Below are positions 38,032 to 50,611 of a stretch of 64,000 bases of DNA, one piece after another; within the stretch, counting starts at the first letter, position 1; each line of letters opens with the position of its first letter. This stretch comes from Candidatus Berkelbacteria bacterium (lineage in GTDB: Bacteria; Patescibacteriota; UBA1384; JACPKC01). Below the pieces are notes generated by a model. That model was not told the DNA's origin. It ran no database searches and saw only the letters and a list, made by a program, of their open reading frames with translations. The position numbers and the translations under genes were made by a program. The stretch spans positions 234,283 through 298,282 of the forward strand of contig JACPKC010000010.1 of the NCBI GenBank assembly GCA_016187225.1. The letters run 5' to 3'.

Positions 38032-39864
38032 TTATGCCTTCTCTGCTAGTTCAATGACAAGCACATCATCAATTTGAATTGTTTCAGTCGTTGAGATGCC
38101 TAAGCCACACTCCTCGCCTGCATGCAGTTCAGCCACTGCTTCCTGGCCTTTTTGTACGCTTTCAATGATGCCAGTGCCAAGAATTTCTTTCTCCCTAAGG
38201 ATCGTCACTCGTGCGCTCTTAACGATCCTACCTTGCTCGATCCGACCTCCTAAAATTTGATGAGTTTTAGTCGTGCGAAAAATTTTAAGTACCTTGAGTC
38301 GACCTATTTCGGTTAAAATCTGGATGGGCAGATGCAAATGTTCAGCGCTCTTTTGAACATCTTCGATCAAACGATAAATAACATCATAAGAGTGAATTTC
38401 GATATTGTTTGTGCGCGCGAGGTGACGCGCGGCTACTGTGGCGCCAGTGCGAAAAGCCACAATATAAGGTTGCCCTAGAGACGTTCCGATATTAATGTCT
38501 GATTCAGTCACGTCGCCGACGCCTTCTAAGATAACTTTCACTTCGACATCCGGAATCTCGATCGCCTCGAGAGAAGTTTTTATGGCTTTCAGGGAACCGT
38601 CAACGTCGGCTTTAACAATGATTGCAAGCGAACGTTCTTTTTCTGTTTCTTGACTTTGATGAGTGACGTGTTTTAAGCGCTTTTTTAAACCTGCTTTTTG
38701 GGCAAGTTGGCGCGCTTCTTTTTCGTTTTGGCAAACTTTTAAGTGTTCGCCGAAAGCTGGCACACCAGAGAGACCGGCAATTCGCACCGGCGTTGAGGGA
38801 CCGGCCTTGGTGTAACGTTGACCGCGCTCATTTTCCATCACTCGAATTTTGCCGAAGATCGGTCCCAGCACAATCGCATCGCCAATTTTTAGTTCACCGG
38901 ACTGGACAAGAACAGTTGCCACAGGTCCAACTCCTTGTTGTTTATTCGCTTCGATGACAATACCTTCGGCTTGACCCTGGGTTTGGGCGCGCAAATCCTG
39001 CAGATCGGCGACAAGCAGAACAACGTCCAGCAAGTCATCAATGCCCTGGCTGTGTTTTGCGGAGATTCGCACTAAAGGAGTTTTTCCGCCCCAATCCTCC
39101 GGCGCCAAGCCAAGTTCGGCTAATTCGCCTTTGACTCGATCAGGATTCGCCTCCTTTTTATCGATCTTGTTAAGAGCAATAATAATTGGGATATTAGCCG
39201 CTTTGGCGTGACTCATCGCTTCTTTGGTTTGAGGTTTAACGCCGTCATCGGCGGCAACCACTAAAATTGCAACGTCGGTGATAGTTGCCCCGTGCGCTCG
39301 CATAGCTGAAAACGCCTCATGTCCCGGCGTGTCAATAAAAGTGATCGGGCGAATCTGATCTTGATTATCGGTCCATTGCACCTGGTAAGCGCCGATATGC
39401 TGGGTGATGCCGCCTGCTTCAGAGGCAACAGTATTCGTTTTCCGAATCGCGTCGAGCAAAGTCGTTTTGCCGTGGTCGACATGCCCCATGACCACGACGA
39501 CTGGTGGTCGAGTTTCACTTTGAGCCTTACCAGATATTTTTTGCATTGAAGGCACAACTTGGGATTCAGCATGAATCTCTAGGTCGAGCTCATCGGCAAT
39601 AATTTCAACAGTCTCGCGATCGATGGAATCATTGACGGTTGCCAAAACGCCGTTTCGCATGAGGGCGCCAACAATTTCGGCTGGTGTGCGGCTCGAAAGA
39701 TTGGCTAACTCGGCAACTGTAATCAAACGTGGAATTTCGATCTTAACTTGAGACCGAGTTTTTGCTGGCACCGAAACAACTTCGGTGGGCGTATCCGTAT
39801 CATGTTTGCGTTGGGCTCGCAGTTCTTTTTTACTAAATTTTCTTTTATTTGATCTTCGTAACAT
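38032..39864 (-). CDS. infB: translation initiation factor IF-2
   Basis: 610 aa with [13 protein letters not shown]-domain. Confidence 0.9.
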   Translation of the reverse strand: MLRRSNKRKFSKKELRAQRKHDTDTPTEVVSVPAKTRSQVKIEIPRLITVAELANLSSRTPAEIVGALMRNGVLATVNDSIDRETVEIIADELDLEIHAESQVVPSMQKISGKAQSETRPPVVVVMGHVDHGKTTLLDAIRKTNTVASEAGGITQHIGAYQVQWTDNQDQIRPITFIDTPGHEAFSAMRAHGATITDVAILVVAADDGVKPQTKEAMSHAKAANIPIIIALNKIDKKEANPDRVKGELAELGLAPEDWGGKTPLVRISAKHSQGIDDLLDVVLLVADLQDLRAQTQGQAEGIVIEANKQQGVGPVATVLVQSGELKIGDAIVLGPIFGKIRVMENERGQRYTKAGPSTPVRIAGLSGVPAFGEHLKVCQNEKEARQLAQKAGLKKRLKHVTHQSQETEKERSLAIIVKADVDGSLKAIKTSLEAIEIPDVEVKVILEGVGDVTESDINIGTSLGQPYIVAFRTGATVAARHLARTNNIEIHSYDVIYRLIEDVQKSAEHLHLPIQILTEIGRLKVLKIFRTTKTHQILGGRIEQGRIVKSARVTILREKEILGTGIIESVQKGQEAVAELHAGEECGLGISTTETIQIDDVLVIELAEKA

Positions 39865-39890
39865 CGTTGCGGAGTATACTAGGAAAGAAC

Positions 39891-42353
39891 CTATTGTTCA
39901 AGGAAAACCGCCATCGACGCCACGCCATCATCTTTTTCCTTGAAGCGCATGAGGGTAACTCCTTGAGTATTACGCCCCAAACGTTTGACAGCTCGCAAAG
40001 GCAGACGAATTGTTTGGCCATGTTTTGAAATCATCACAATTTCACCCTCATCAAGTTTGACCAACTCGGCCGCAACAACCGGACCAGTTTTTTTAGTAAC
40101 GCGTGCGGCGCGCAGGCCAATCCCACCTCTGTTTTGAAGGCCAAACTGTTCAATTTTTGTTCGTTTGCCGAAGCCATTTTCAAGCACCACAAGAACGTCG
40201 CACCCCTCCTCAACCACATCGAGCGCAATGATTTCATCTTCACCGCGCAATCGAATTCCTCGAACACCTGCGGCGCCACGGCCCATTGGCCGCGTGTCCG
40301 TCTCTTCGAACTGAATCGCTTGCCCAAGGCGCGTGATCATGAAAATTTTATCGGTGCCACGGGTGATCTTGACCCACCGCAACTCGTCATTCGGCTTGAG
40401 CCCAATTGCGATGATGCCTGATTTGCGGATATTTCGATAAGCATCAATTTCGGTTTTTTTAATACTCCCCAAACGCGTACCCATAAAAAAGTATGTGCCA
40501 GATTTTTCTTGAGCTGGACTTAATGTAATTAGAGCAGTTACCGTTTCGTCAGGCGCGATTTGAATAATGTTGACAATCGGCGTACCTTTGGCCTGACGTG
40601 AAGTTGCTGGCAATTCATAAACCTTAGAGGCAAAAAGACGACCTTTAGAGGTGAAAAATAAAATTTCATCATGAGTGTTAGCGACCCGCAGTTGCGCAAC
40701 CAGATCCTCTTCTTTGGTTGTCATGCCAACGATGCCTTTGCCGCCACGATGTTGAGTTTTATACGCCCCAATCGGGACACGCTTAATGTAATTTTCAGTA
40801 GTGAGAGCAATCACAACTTGCTCATTCGGAATTAAATCTTCGGCTGAAAACTCACCGATGGCTGTCGGGACAATCGTTGTTCGGCGATCGTCACCATGTT
40901 TTTGGGAAATTTCTTGGAGTTCATTTTTAATGATTGCCCGCACTCTCTCATTGGAACCTAGAATTAATTTCAGTGTTTCAATGAGAGTTTGTTTTTCAAG
41001 AATTTCATCCAAAACTTTTTGGCGCTCGAGACCAGCTAAGGCAACTAAGCGCATATCGAGAATTGCATTGGCTTGAATTTCGGTCAGCGAAAAATGTTCC
41101 CTTAGCGCTTGGTGTGCAGTTTCGCGCGTTTCGGCTTCACGAATTAAAGTAATGATTTCGTCAATATGATCGAGCGCGGTTTTAAGACCAAGAAGAATGT
41201 GCAGGCGTTGCTCGGTTTTTCTAAGATCGAATTCCGTGCGGCGCCGCACAACCTGACGGCGATGCTCGATGAATTCTTGAATGATATCTTTGAGTGAGAG
41301 AACGCGTGGTTGAATACCATCAACCAAGGCCAGCATGTTCACATGAAACGCGGTCTGCATAGGAGTTAATTCATAAAGCCTGTTTAAAACCTTTTTTGGA
41401 TAGGCAGTCTGTTTAAGCTCGATCACAATTCTGACGGCATCGTTGCGATCCGATTCATCGCGCAAATCTGCGATCCCTTCGATTTTTTTTAGCTTGACGA
41501 GCGTGGCGATCTTAGTGACTAAATCGGCTTTGTTGATTTGATAAGGAATAGCCGAGACAATAATTTGCTGACCGCCTGTTTTTTTCTCTTCAATTAAGGC
41601 GTTGGCGCGCATCACGATTCTGCCTCTGCCTGTGGCATACGCGGCTTTAATATCCTCACGATCATAGATTGTTCCGCCGGTTGGGAAGTCAGGTCCTTGA
41701 ATGAATTCGGTCAATTCGTCAATGGTGATTTCTGGGTTATCGATTTGAGCTGTAATGCCAGCCACGAGTTCGCGCAAATTGTGGGGCGGAATAGTCGTTG
41801 CCATTCCAACCGCGATTCCAACGGCGCCGTTGAGAAGTAAGTTTGGCACTCGGCTGGGAAGATATTTTGGCTCTAAAAGCTCGTTATTGTAGTTTGGAAC
41901 AAAATCGACTGTTTCTTTTTCGATATCGGCCAGCATCTCTTCGGCCAAAGGCGCCATGCGCGCCTCAGTATAGCGCATCGCCGCCGGTGAATCACCGTCC
42001 ATCGAGCCAAAGTTACCTTGCCCATCAACGAGCTGATAACGCATCGCAAAATCTTGCGCCATGCGCGCGAGCGTGTCGTAGGCGGCTTGGTCACCATGCG
42101 GGTGAAATTTACCTAAAACTTCCCCGACGATTTTAGCGCATTTTGTATGCTTGGTTCGGGCACGAATGCCCATTTGGTGCATGGCATAAAGCACTCGCCG
42201 ATGAACTGGCTTCATACCATCACGCACATCTGGGAGAGCGCGCGCAATAATTACGCTCATAGCGTAGTCGAGATAGCTCTCGCTCATTTCAAGCGCGATG
42301 CTTCGCGACTCTACTTGCCCGATATTTGGATCGATGGATTCTTCGGTCATCAT
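39891..42353 (-). CDS. gyrA: DNA gyrase subunit A
   Basis: 820 aa with the active-site region (AMRYTEARM) and C-terminal beta-pinwheel repeats. It sits adjacent to gyrB. Confidence 0.9.
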   Translation of the reverse strand: MMTEESIDPNIGQVESRSIALEMSESYLDYAMSVIIARALPDVRDGMKPVHRRVLYAMHQMGIRARTKHTKCAKIVGEVLGKFHPHGDQAAYDTLARMAQDFAMRYQLVDGQGNFGSMDGDSPAAMRYTEARMAPLAEEMLADIEKETVDFVPNYNNELLEPKYLPSRVPNLLLNGAVGIAVGMATTIPPHNLRELVAGITAQIDNPEITIDELTEFIQGPDFPTGGTIYDREDIKAAYATGRGRIVMRANALIEEKKTGGQQIIVSAIPYQINKADLVTKIATLVKLKKIEGIADLRDESDRNDAVRIVIELKQTAYPKKVLNRLYELTPMQTAFHVNMLALVDGIQPRVLSLKDIIQEFIEHRRQVVRRRTEFDLRKTEQRLHILLGLKTALDHIDEIITLIREAETRETAHQALREHFSLTEIQANAILDMRLVALAGLERQKVLDEILEKQTLIETLKLILGSNERVRAIIKNELQEISQKHGDDRRTTIVPTAIGEFSAEDLIPNEQVVIALTTENYIKRVPIGAYKTQHRGGKGIVGMTTKEEDLVAQLRVANTHDEILFFTSKGRLFASKVYELPATSRQAKGTPIVNIIQIAPDETVTALITLSPAQEKSGTYFFMGTRLGSIKKTEIDAYRNIRKSGIIAIGLKPNDELRWVKITRGTDKIFMITRLGQAIQFEETDTRPMGRGAAGVRGIRLRGEDEIIALDVVEEGCDVLVVLENGFGKRTKIEQFGLQNRGGIGLRAARVTKKTGPVVAAELVKLDEGEIVMISKHGQTIRLPLRAVKRLGRNTQGVTLMRFKEKDDGVASMAVFLEQ

Positions 42354-42356
42354 TGC

Positions 42357-44351
<1,995 letters not shown>

Positions 44352-44389
44352 TCACTATTAACAAAAGAAGCTTCTAACTTCTTTTAATT

Positions 44390-44398
44390 ATTATAACA
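44390..44398 (-). promoter_or_regulatory. extended -10 element (TGTTATAAT) upstream of gyrB
   Basis: Minus strand reads AAAAAGTGTTATAATAATT, about 50 nt upstream of the gyrB ATG. Confidence 0.35.
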
Positions 44399-44427
44399 CT
44401 TTTTACAGGAGTAAGGAAGGGGAAAAG

Positions 44428-45762
44428 TCAAAATTTAACCGTGGCATCAGTCGATAAAAGCGCGTTGAAAACTGTTCGGTCACCTACACTAACTTCGAGC
44501 GCCTCTGCCAGCGTGCCGGATTGTTTTTGATAAAACAAACTCTGCCGATTTTGATCTAACTTCACTAAATATTCTAAAACAAGTTGACTCGTGGCGCCCG
44601 GTTCAGTGTCCACATGAGTGCCGAAAACGGTTTTATTGAATGCAGGTTCAATGTTGATCTGGTCGAAGCGGTCACTGCCATTAAATGTCGCCGAAATCAG
44701 TTTAGCGTTGCTGGGAACAACGATACGCAAGTAGTTATTATTCGTGTGATCAGGCCAAACGCCAGTGCCTTGATGGGTACGCTCAATTATAACGCGATGG
44801 TAAAGTGTTTCATTTGTTTCGAGTTCGATTTTTACAGTTGTTTTTTGACTAACATTTAAACTGCTTTTTTGACCGCCGACATTGGCGTTGAACAGCGCAA
44901 GATAATCCCCCTTTGTTTCTGAAATTGCCCCACCCCAGTTAGCGGCCAAAATGTTTGCTTCAACGTTTTCATCGGTGTGATACAACTGAATCTGACGCTC
45001 GTTGAGTTCTTGTTGAATAAAAGCGGGCAAACGCACAAGCACATTCGCTTGCTTGAGACGCGAGATAAAAGTCGGAATCAGTTCCTTGATGACAGTTTTG
45101 GGTTCATTTTGTTGACGTTGAACAGGATCGTAAAAATATTCTTTCTCGATTATATAATGGAGCGTGGTGAAAAAATTTTCCGCTTTAAGTTCATCGCCCG
45201 TCGGCAGAGGAATGGACCCGATGATTTTGAGTAAATCTTGAGCGACAGTGGCGTTAATTGCAATGACACCATCGACCGCCTCCCCGCCTTCTTGTTTATA
45301 GAACCAGCTGACCCGTTCCGCGGATGAGCGGAAATCAATGTCCCAGTTACTGTCGCGCATAGCCAGACGGTCATTGGTAGCCACTCCTTTAAGCGGCTCG
45401 GGTGGCGAAATTGCCACTCTTTCAGTAAAAGCGTTATCGCGTTTATAGATATTGGTGTCGACCACAAGATTTTCGTAACCACTCGCGGTAATGTCGAGAG
45501 TTGCAAAACTCCCGATAAACCCCCCACTCGGCCTCTGCTCGGCATTGTTTTGGAATAAAACCAAGTAGTGACCAGGTGGGATCATTTGTTTTAAGCGCCA
45601 GAGCCCTAAAAAATCGTCGGCGAAGACTAAAGACGCACTGCTCACGCCAAGCGCAAGAATACCGAACGCCAACCAAAATTCCCGCCAATTCTTTTTGGTT
45701 TCTGTTTTAACATATCGTTTAGTCGACTGAATCCCATCAATAAATACCTTCGATGATTTCAT
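44428..45762 (-). CDS. DUF4012-domain membrane-anchored protein
   Basis: 444 aa with LVLFQNNAEQRPSGGFIGSFA, the DUF4012 hallmark. This family is often found beside glycosyltransferases. Confidence 0.7.
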   Translation of the reverse strand: MKSSKVFIDGIQSTKRYVKTETKKNWREFWLAFGILALGVSSASLVFADDFLGLWRLKQMIPPGHYLVLFQNNAEQRPSGGFIGSFATLDITASGYENLVVDTNIYKRDNAFTERVAISPPEPLKGVATNDRLAMRDSNWDIDFRSSAERVSWFYKQEGGEAVDGVIAINATVAQDLLKIIGSIPLPTGDELKAENFFTTLHYIIEKEYFYDPVQRQQNEPKTVIKELIPTFISRLKQANVLVRLPAFIQQELNERQIQLYHTDENVEANILAANWGGAISETKGDYLALFNANVGGQKSSLNVSQKTTVKIELETNETLYHRVIIERTHQGTGVWPDHTNNNYLRIVVPSNAKLISATFNGSDRFDQINIEPAFNKTVFGTHVDTEPGATSQLVLEYLVKLDQNRQSLFYQKQSGTLAEALEVSVGDRTVFNALLSTDATVKF

Positions 45763-46391
45763 GTAAGCTGTTGTTTAACAGGCGCCACGGAAGCAGTGAT
45801 AAGAAAGATGAAAATCGTGATAAAAATACCGCTTGTCAGGCCGAGACCGAGCGCAAAAGGCAGACTCTGGGAATTCTTGGTTACCAAAACATCGCCAGTG
45901 ATCAGACTAAAGTCTTTATAGAAACCCTGACTCTGAAGTGTTTCTAGGCGTGCCGTCACAACTGATTTGATTGCTGTCAATATCCGGTTAACTTCTTGCT
46001 CATCTAACCTGTTTAACATCACCTGTAAACCAAGTCGACCCTGGGATTTAATCTCAAGCATTCGGCTTAAACTCCTGATAGTTTGATTAGCGGACGATGC
46101 TCGCGCTTCTACTAAAATCGTATTCACTGTTGCTGGATCTTTAAGCCAACTAGCAAGGTAGTCCGACAAGAATCCACTCCCCTGCAGACTATAAAATTCT
46201 CCGTACTCATAAAAATCGGCACTCGTCGGCGCTGATTGGGGAGCTTGAGCGACCGAAAGAAAAAGGCTCCCTTCAAAGCGCGGCTTTTGATTAAAAGATA
46301 AGAGAACAATGCTTAAAAATGTTAGACAAAAAACACCTAAGTACAATGTCAGATGTCGCCTTAAAAGCGTTACATATAGATCAAGATCCAT
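45759..46391 (-). CDS. Wzz/chain-length-determinant-like protein (two TM helices flanking a periplasmic domain)
   Basis: 210 aa with an N-terminal TM, a hydrophilic middle and a C-terminal TM (ITIFIFLITASV). Topology-based call only. Confidence 0.35.
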   Translation of the reverse strand: MDLDLYVTLLRRHLTLYLGVFCLTFLSIVLLSFNQKPRFEGSLFLSVAQAPQSAPTSADFYEYGEFYSLQGSGFLSDYLASWLKDPATVNTILVEARASSANQTIRSLSRMLEIKSQGRLGLQVMLNRLDEQEVNRILTAIKSVVTARLETLQSQGFYKDFSLITGDVLVTKNSQSLPFALGLGLTSGIFITIFIFLITASVAPVKQQLT

Positions 46392-47586
46392 TTTTGCTCC
46401 TTTGTTGAGAAATTAAATTTTCTACTATCTGCATAACAGATTGAGTAAAGATCGAAACATCGAATTGCTTAACGTGCTCTCGGATTCGTTTTTGATTATA
46501 CCGCTTTTCGTCAAATTGATTGAGGATGCCTTTGAGCGCGGCAGCCGATTGTTCATAAAAGAACTCGCCGGTAATGCCGGGTAAAATCGATTCAAGCGCC
46601 CCGCCTTTTCCATAGGCAATTACCGGCCGGCCGGCCGCCATTGCTTCAAGAGGTGTAATGCCCGCATCTTCCTCGCCTGGGAAGATGAAAGCACGTGCCT
46701 GGGCGTAGAGCGCGGGTAAGGCTTGATCCGATACACGACCAAGAAATTCAATTGTCGGCGCCGACCGATACTTGGTCTTATACTCACTTAACATACTCCC
46801 GTTGCCCGCGACTTTAAGAGGAAGCTTGAGGTCGGCGCAGGCTTCGAGAACCAAATCGACTCTTTTGTATGGCTCAAGACGCGTTAAAATCAAAAAATAA
46901 TCCTGAATTTTTGCCGATAGTGCGAATTTTTTCAATTCAACAAACGGAAAAATTATTTTTTCAGGCGATCGATCATAATAGCGTCGCATTTGTCGAGCAA
47001 CATTGGTGGAATTGGCAATGTAGGCATCGGGTTTTTGAGCGGCAAGGTAATCCCAACGCTTGATCCAGCTTAAGACAGGCTGAACGAATGGGCGAATATA
47101 AAATGGAATTGGCGCATCCCTCACATACTCATTGCGCACCGACCAGAGGTAGCGAGTTGGAGTGTGTAAAAAGCAAAGGTGAGGAATATTTTTAGAAACA
47201 TTGACGCCTTTTGCAAAGGCGGAAGAATCCGAAAGGACCAAATCGACATCGGCTGGCAGCTTGATATGTTCAGTTGCCCAAGGCATGAGGGGCAAATGCC
47301 ATTTATAGTATTGTTTTGAGAACGGCAAATTTTGCAGAATAGAAGAGATGATCTGACGATCGCCGAAGGCGTCTTTCATTTTAAGTGGATCGTAAATGAG
47401 AGTATAAATCGGAGCGTCGGGAAACATCTGGGTAAATTGTTCGAGGATGCGTTCTCCGCCACCATACTGCGTCAAAAATTCATGCACCAACACCACTTTA
47501 AGCGGACGGGTTTTCACGCCGCTTTCCTTGTGCGTGAACGCAAAAGCGACATCGGAGTGCGCAAAAGAATAATTAGGTCTTGCCAA
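46381..47586 (-). CDS. glycosyltransferase family 4 (GT-B fold)
   Basis: C-terminal …EEDAGITPLEAMAAGRPVIAYGKGGALE… motif. The true start is probably downstream of 47586 (overlap with the sugar transferase). Confidence 0.8.
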   Translation of the reverse strand: MARPNYSFAHSDVAFAFTHKESGVKTRPLKVVLVHEFLTQYGGGERILEQFTQMFPDAPIYTLIYDPLKMKDAFGDRQIISSILQNLPFSKQYYKWHLPLMPWATEHIKLPADVDLVLSDSSAFAKGVNVSKNIPHLCFLHTPTRYLWSVRNEYVRDAPIPFYIRPFVQPVLSWIKRWDYLAAQKPDAYIANSTNVARQMRRYYDRSPEKIIFPFVELKKFALSAKIQDYFLILTRLEPYKRVDLVLEACADLKLPLKVAGNGSMLSEYKTKYRSAPTIEFLGRVSDQALPALYAQARAFIFPGEEDAGITPLEAMAAGRPVIAYGKGGALESILPGITGEFFYEQSAAALKGILNQFDEKRYNQKRIREHVKQFDVSIFTQSVMQIVENLISQQRSKNGS

Positions 47587-48962
47587 AAAGACCAGCGCTC
47601 AATGTAGCCAATATCAAGCCGTGCCTCATCATCGAAATCCAAATCTGAACGACCGGAAATTTGTGCAAGCCCGGTAATGCCGGGTTTAATAGTAAAGAGC
47701 TTTTCTTGCCAAGGCTGATACAGAGCAACTTCACGCGGTTGATGCGGGCGCGGGCCGACCAAGCTCATCGTGCCAAAGAAAACATTAAAGAACTGCGGAA
47801 ACTCATCAAGGCTGGTTGTGCGTAAAAATTCTCCAATCGGGGTCAAGCGTGGATCATTGGCAACCTTATACACAGCGCCTTTGCGACTGTTTTGTTTTTG
47901 GATAAGTTGGCTTTCATATTGAAGCGCCTGTTTGCCGCCATAACTGTCGCCAGTGCAATACTCGATACGCATTGTTCGAAACTTATAGGTTTCAAAATGC
48001 TGTTTATCCTGACCAACCCGCGTATTTCGATAAATAATCGGTCCGGGGGAGGTGATTTTGACTGCGAGTGCGGTCAACAACATGATTGGTGAGACAAAAA
48101 TTAACACGAACAAGGAGCCGATAAAGTCAAAAATGCGCTTCGCAACCCTACCCCACCCTTGAAGTGGTGTGCGTAAGACCTCAATAATTGGGATGCCTGC
48201 CATTGTTTGATAACTAAAATTTGTCGTGTGCACGCCAACGATATTAGGCGTGAGGCGAAGATCAATTCTTTTTTGGTTTGTTAATGCTAGCAATTTCAAC
48301 ATCTCTTTATCGTGAATACGTGTCGTCGCGATGATTAGTTCGTCGGGTTGATAGTGGTCAAGGATGCGTTCTGAATCCTCGAATGCGCCGAGGCATTTAC
48401 CGAGTGGTGTAGTTTGCGAGTGAGTGTGTTCGGCAATCGCAATGTGCCCCAAATAGACGTAACCTAAACGCGTATTGACAGTGATTTCTCGAACGATCTG
48501 ATAGGCTAAATCATTTGCGCCAATTACAATCACGCGATGCACGCCAACGTTATATTTATAAAGAGCTCTGCGAATCCAGTTTAAGATCGAACGGCCAAAG
48601 ATTACAAAAAGAAGCGATAAGAGGTAGGCATATAAAAGAATAACTCGCGAGCCGATCCGGGTATCGGTGACAAAAATCGCGGCCGTAAAAAGTAAAGCTC
48701 CAAGCGACGTGCCTAAAAAGATGTCCGCAAATTCATCCAGACCCCGCCGTCCGCTCTCGGCCGAATAAAGCCCTTCGAGAGCATAAATTAGAATCCAAAT
48801 TGGCAAGAGTGTCAAAATGAAAGTTAGATATTCGGGTAAAGATAAAATGTAGATTACTTCATTTTGTGTACGCAAAAAGTAAGCAAACAGAAAAGCGCTC
48901 AAAACCATGACGGCATCGAGCGGAATAAGAAGAACACTAAAAAAGAGCTCTGATCGTTTCAT
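47514..48962 (-). CDS. polyprenyl-phosphate hexose-1-phosphate transferase (WbaP/bac_transf family)
   Basis: 482 aa with N-terminal TM helices and a C-terminal bac_transf domain (PGITGLAQISGRSDLDFDDEARLD). Confidence 0.85.
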   Translation of the reverse strand: MKRSELFFSVLLIPLDAVMVLSAFLFAYFLRTQNEVIYILSLPEYLTFILTLLPIWILIYALEGLYSAESGRRGLDEFADIFLGTSLGALLFTAAIFVTDTRIGSRVILLYAYLLSLLFVIFGRSILNWIRRALYKYNVGVHRVIVIGANDLAYQIVREITVNTRLGYVYLGHIAIAEHTHSQTTPLGKCLGAFEDSERILDHYQPDELIIATTRIHDKEMLKLLALTNQKRIDLRLTPNIVGVHTTNFSYQTMAGIPIIEVLRTPLQGWGRVAKRIFDFIGSLFVLIFVSPIMLLTALAVKITSPGPIIYRNTRVGQDKQHFETYKFRTMRIEYCTGDSYGGKQALQYESQLIQKQNSRKGAVYKVANDPRLTPIGEFLRTTSLDEFPQFFNVFFGTMSLVGPRPHQPREVALYQPWQEKLFTIKPGITGLAQISGRSDLDFDDEARLDIGYIERWSFWQDLIILLRTPMSLLRSRTRKAA

Positions 48963-49058
48963 GGCACTCTTTATACATTAATGATAGCAGAATTCTCCAG
49001 GTTTTCACACAAAAGAACCCGCCTGGGCAGGTTCTTTTATTCACAAAGCCAGCTTTGT

Positions 49059-49289
49059 TTACTGCTGTTGAATTCTTTTTAACATTGGCAAGCCAGTCCT
49101 AGCATTTTCGATGACATCATATCCATCCGGCAAATCCTCGATTGGATCGCCTTTAGCATTTTGAGAATCGCGCGAAAAATAGAAAATTCGTTGTTGGCGC
49201 CCACCTCGCAAGGTTACCTCTTTACTGTAGAGGTAATATGTATCACCTGTTTTTTTTGATTGTACCGCGTATGGCATGGAACCCTTCAC
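49059..49289 (-). CDS. small conserved hypothetical protein
   Basis: 76 aa (MPYAVQSKKTGDTYYLYSKEVTLRGGRQQRIFYF…). Family not firmly recalled. Confidence 0.45.
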   Translation of the reverse strand: MKGSMPYAVQSKKTGDTYYLYSKEVTLRGGRQQRIFYFSRDSQNAKGDPIEDLPDGYDVIENARTGLPMLKRIQQQ

Positions 49290-49367
49290 CTCCTCCCACT
49301 CCTTATGAAACTTGTTTTACTATACGTATTCGACTTCGAGTGTCAATCGAGAAGGTGTGGAAAGCTT

Positions 49368-49441
49368 TGGTTCCGGGAGAAGGATTCGAACCTTCGTACC
49401 CACCTCCAAAGGGTGGTGTCCTGCCGTTAGACGACCCCGGA
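49368..49441 (-). tRNA. tRNA-Gln (anticodon UUG)
   Basis: Hand-folded: acceptor TCCGGGG/TCCCGGA with U1:A72, anticodon stem CCACC/GGTGG, loop CTTTGGA, T-loop TTCGAAT, ending ACCA. Confidence 0.8.
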
Positions 49442-49462
49442 TGATTCTTTATTATCCTACCA

Positions 49463-49484
49463 AAAACCCGTCGGATGACGGGAG
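49463..49484 (-). terminator. intrinsic terminator after RNase P RNA
   Basis: Minus strand reads CCCGTC-ATCC-GACGGG followed by TTTTTGG. Confidence 0.5.
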
Positions 49485-49485
49485 T

Positions 49486-49836
49486 TTGGCGCACACAAGA
49501 TTCATAAGCCGGGTTCTGTTTCGCCGGTGGCGAAGGCAGTTATCTATCTACGCGTTCGGACTCGTGGACATCCCTGCGAGTCGCAGGTTTGACGACGTTC
49601 GAGCCCACCGAACTTGCACCATGCAGGAGTTTTGCGCCAACTCGCCTTTTGACGAATTGTTGGGAGCTCTTACCTCCACTCTTTTCACCCTTACCCAACT
49701 ATAGGCTGGGCGGTATTGTTTCTGTGCCACTATCCCTGGCCTCACAGCCGCCCCGCTTACACGGGGTGCACTACTCTTTGGTGCCCGGACTTTCCTCACC
49801 TATTTGATTAAGAGCAACTGCCACGATCTGTGCGCA
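49486..49836 (-). ncRNA. rnpB: RNase P RNA (bacterial type A)
   Basis: Minus strand contains GAGGAAAGTCCGGGC (P4 5' strand), AGGGTGAAA, GGTAAGAGC and ACAGAACCCGGCTTA (P4 3' strand). P1 pairs GCGCACAGATC with GAATCTTGTGTGCGC. A TAATATAAT -10 element lies about 8 nt upstream. Confidence 0.8.
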
Positions 49837-49877
49837 ATATTATATTAACATAAAAACGTATTTTGCCCAGGTTGACA

Positions 49878-50573
49878 TTAAATTTCCACACCAGGTGGGC
49901 CGACATCAGTTTGAGCCTCGACCTCACCGCTTGGATTACCTCCAGCCGGCGCCGCTGTTTTGCCTGGTTCTTTCTTTTTTTCTCCAGCTGGATTCGATGA
50001 GGGCGTATTTTCACTTTGAGGCGTATTCTCTTTGGATGCTTCAGAGGTCGTTCCAGCTGGAGTTTTGGGCTGACCAGTCTTAAAAGACTCAACAATTAAA
50101 GGAATTAAAAGCATCAGCGCAAGACCTGTTAAAGCGGCTGTGAAAACTTCCTTGGCTTCTTTTACTTTTGCCTCGTCGCCAAATGAGGAAATGTACAGAT
50201 AACCCGAGTAAATCATCATTAGAAAAGCAAGCAGGAAGAGAATCGGAAGCAAGTTTTGATAAAGTTCAGGTAAATTTTCCTCGATTGATTTTTTGGGATT
50301 AAATAATCCATTTGATGAATTGGCGTTTTTCTGGTCTATTACTGCATTGGCTACATCTTCGGCAACTTTTTCAGAAGACGTCTTAGTGGGTGATTTATCA
50401 GCGCTTTGATCTTTACTTAAAATATCATCCGTCACATTCTCTGCATTATCAGTTTCTCCATTATTAGCCTCTGTCAGATTTGAAACATTAAAAAAAATTG
50501 AGTAGGTTGCGATACTCAAGGACGCGAACGCAATTAACCCAACAAAGACTTGACGGTGCGATAATTTGCCCAT
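49878..50573 (-). CDS. membrane protein with low-complexity Pro/Ser/Thr/Glu-rich regions
   Basis: 231 aa with an N-terminal TM, a central TM pair and compositionally biased tails. Confidence 0.45.
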   Translation of the reverse strand: MGKLSHRQVFVGLIAFASLSIATYSIFFNVSNLTEANNGETDNAENVTDDILSKDQSADKSPTKTSSEKVAEDVANAVIDQKNANSSNGLFNPKKSIEENLPELYQNLLPILFLLAFLMMIYSGYLYISSFGDEAKVKEAKEVFTAALTGLALMLLIPLIVESFKTGQPKTPAGTTSEASKENTPQSENTPSSNPAGEKKKEPGKTAAPAGGNPSGEVEAQTDVGPPGVEI

Positions 50574-50611
50574 TTTACTCCATGCATGAAGGTTATTGAG
50601 AAACCTGTCTA

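Noticed and set aside
49808-50095. 95-aa Lys/Arg-rich ORF overlapping the 49878..50573 gene
   Set aside because: It is an alternative frame of the Pro/Ser/Glu-rich low-complexity gene and overlaps the rnpB promoter region. No support as an independent gene.
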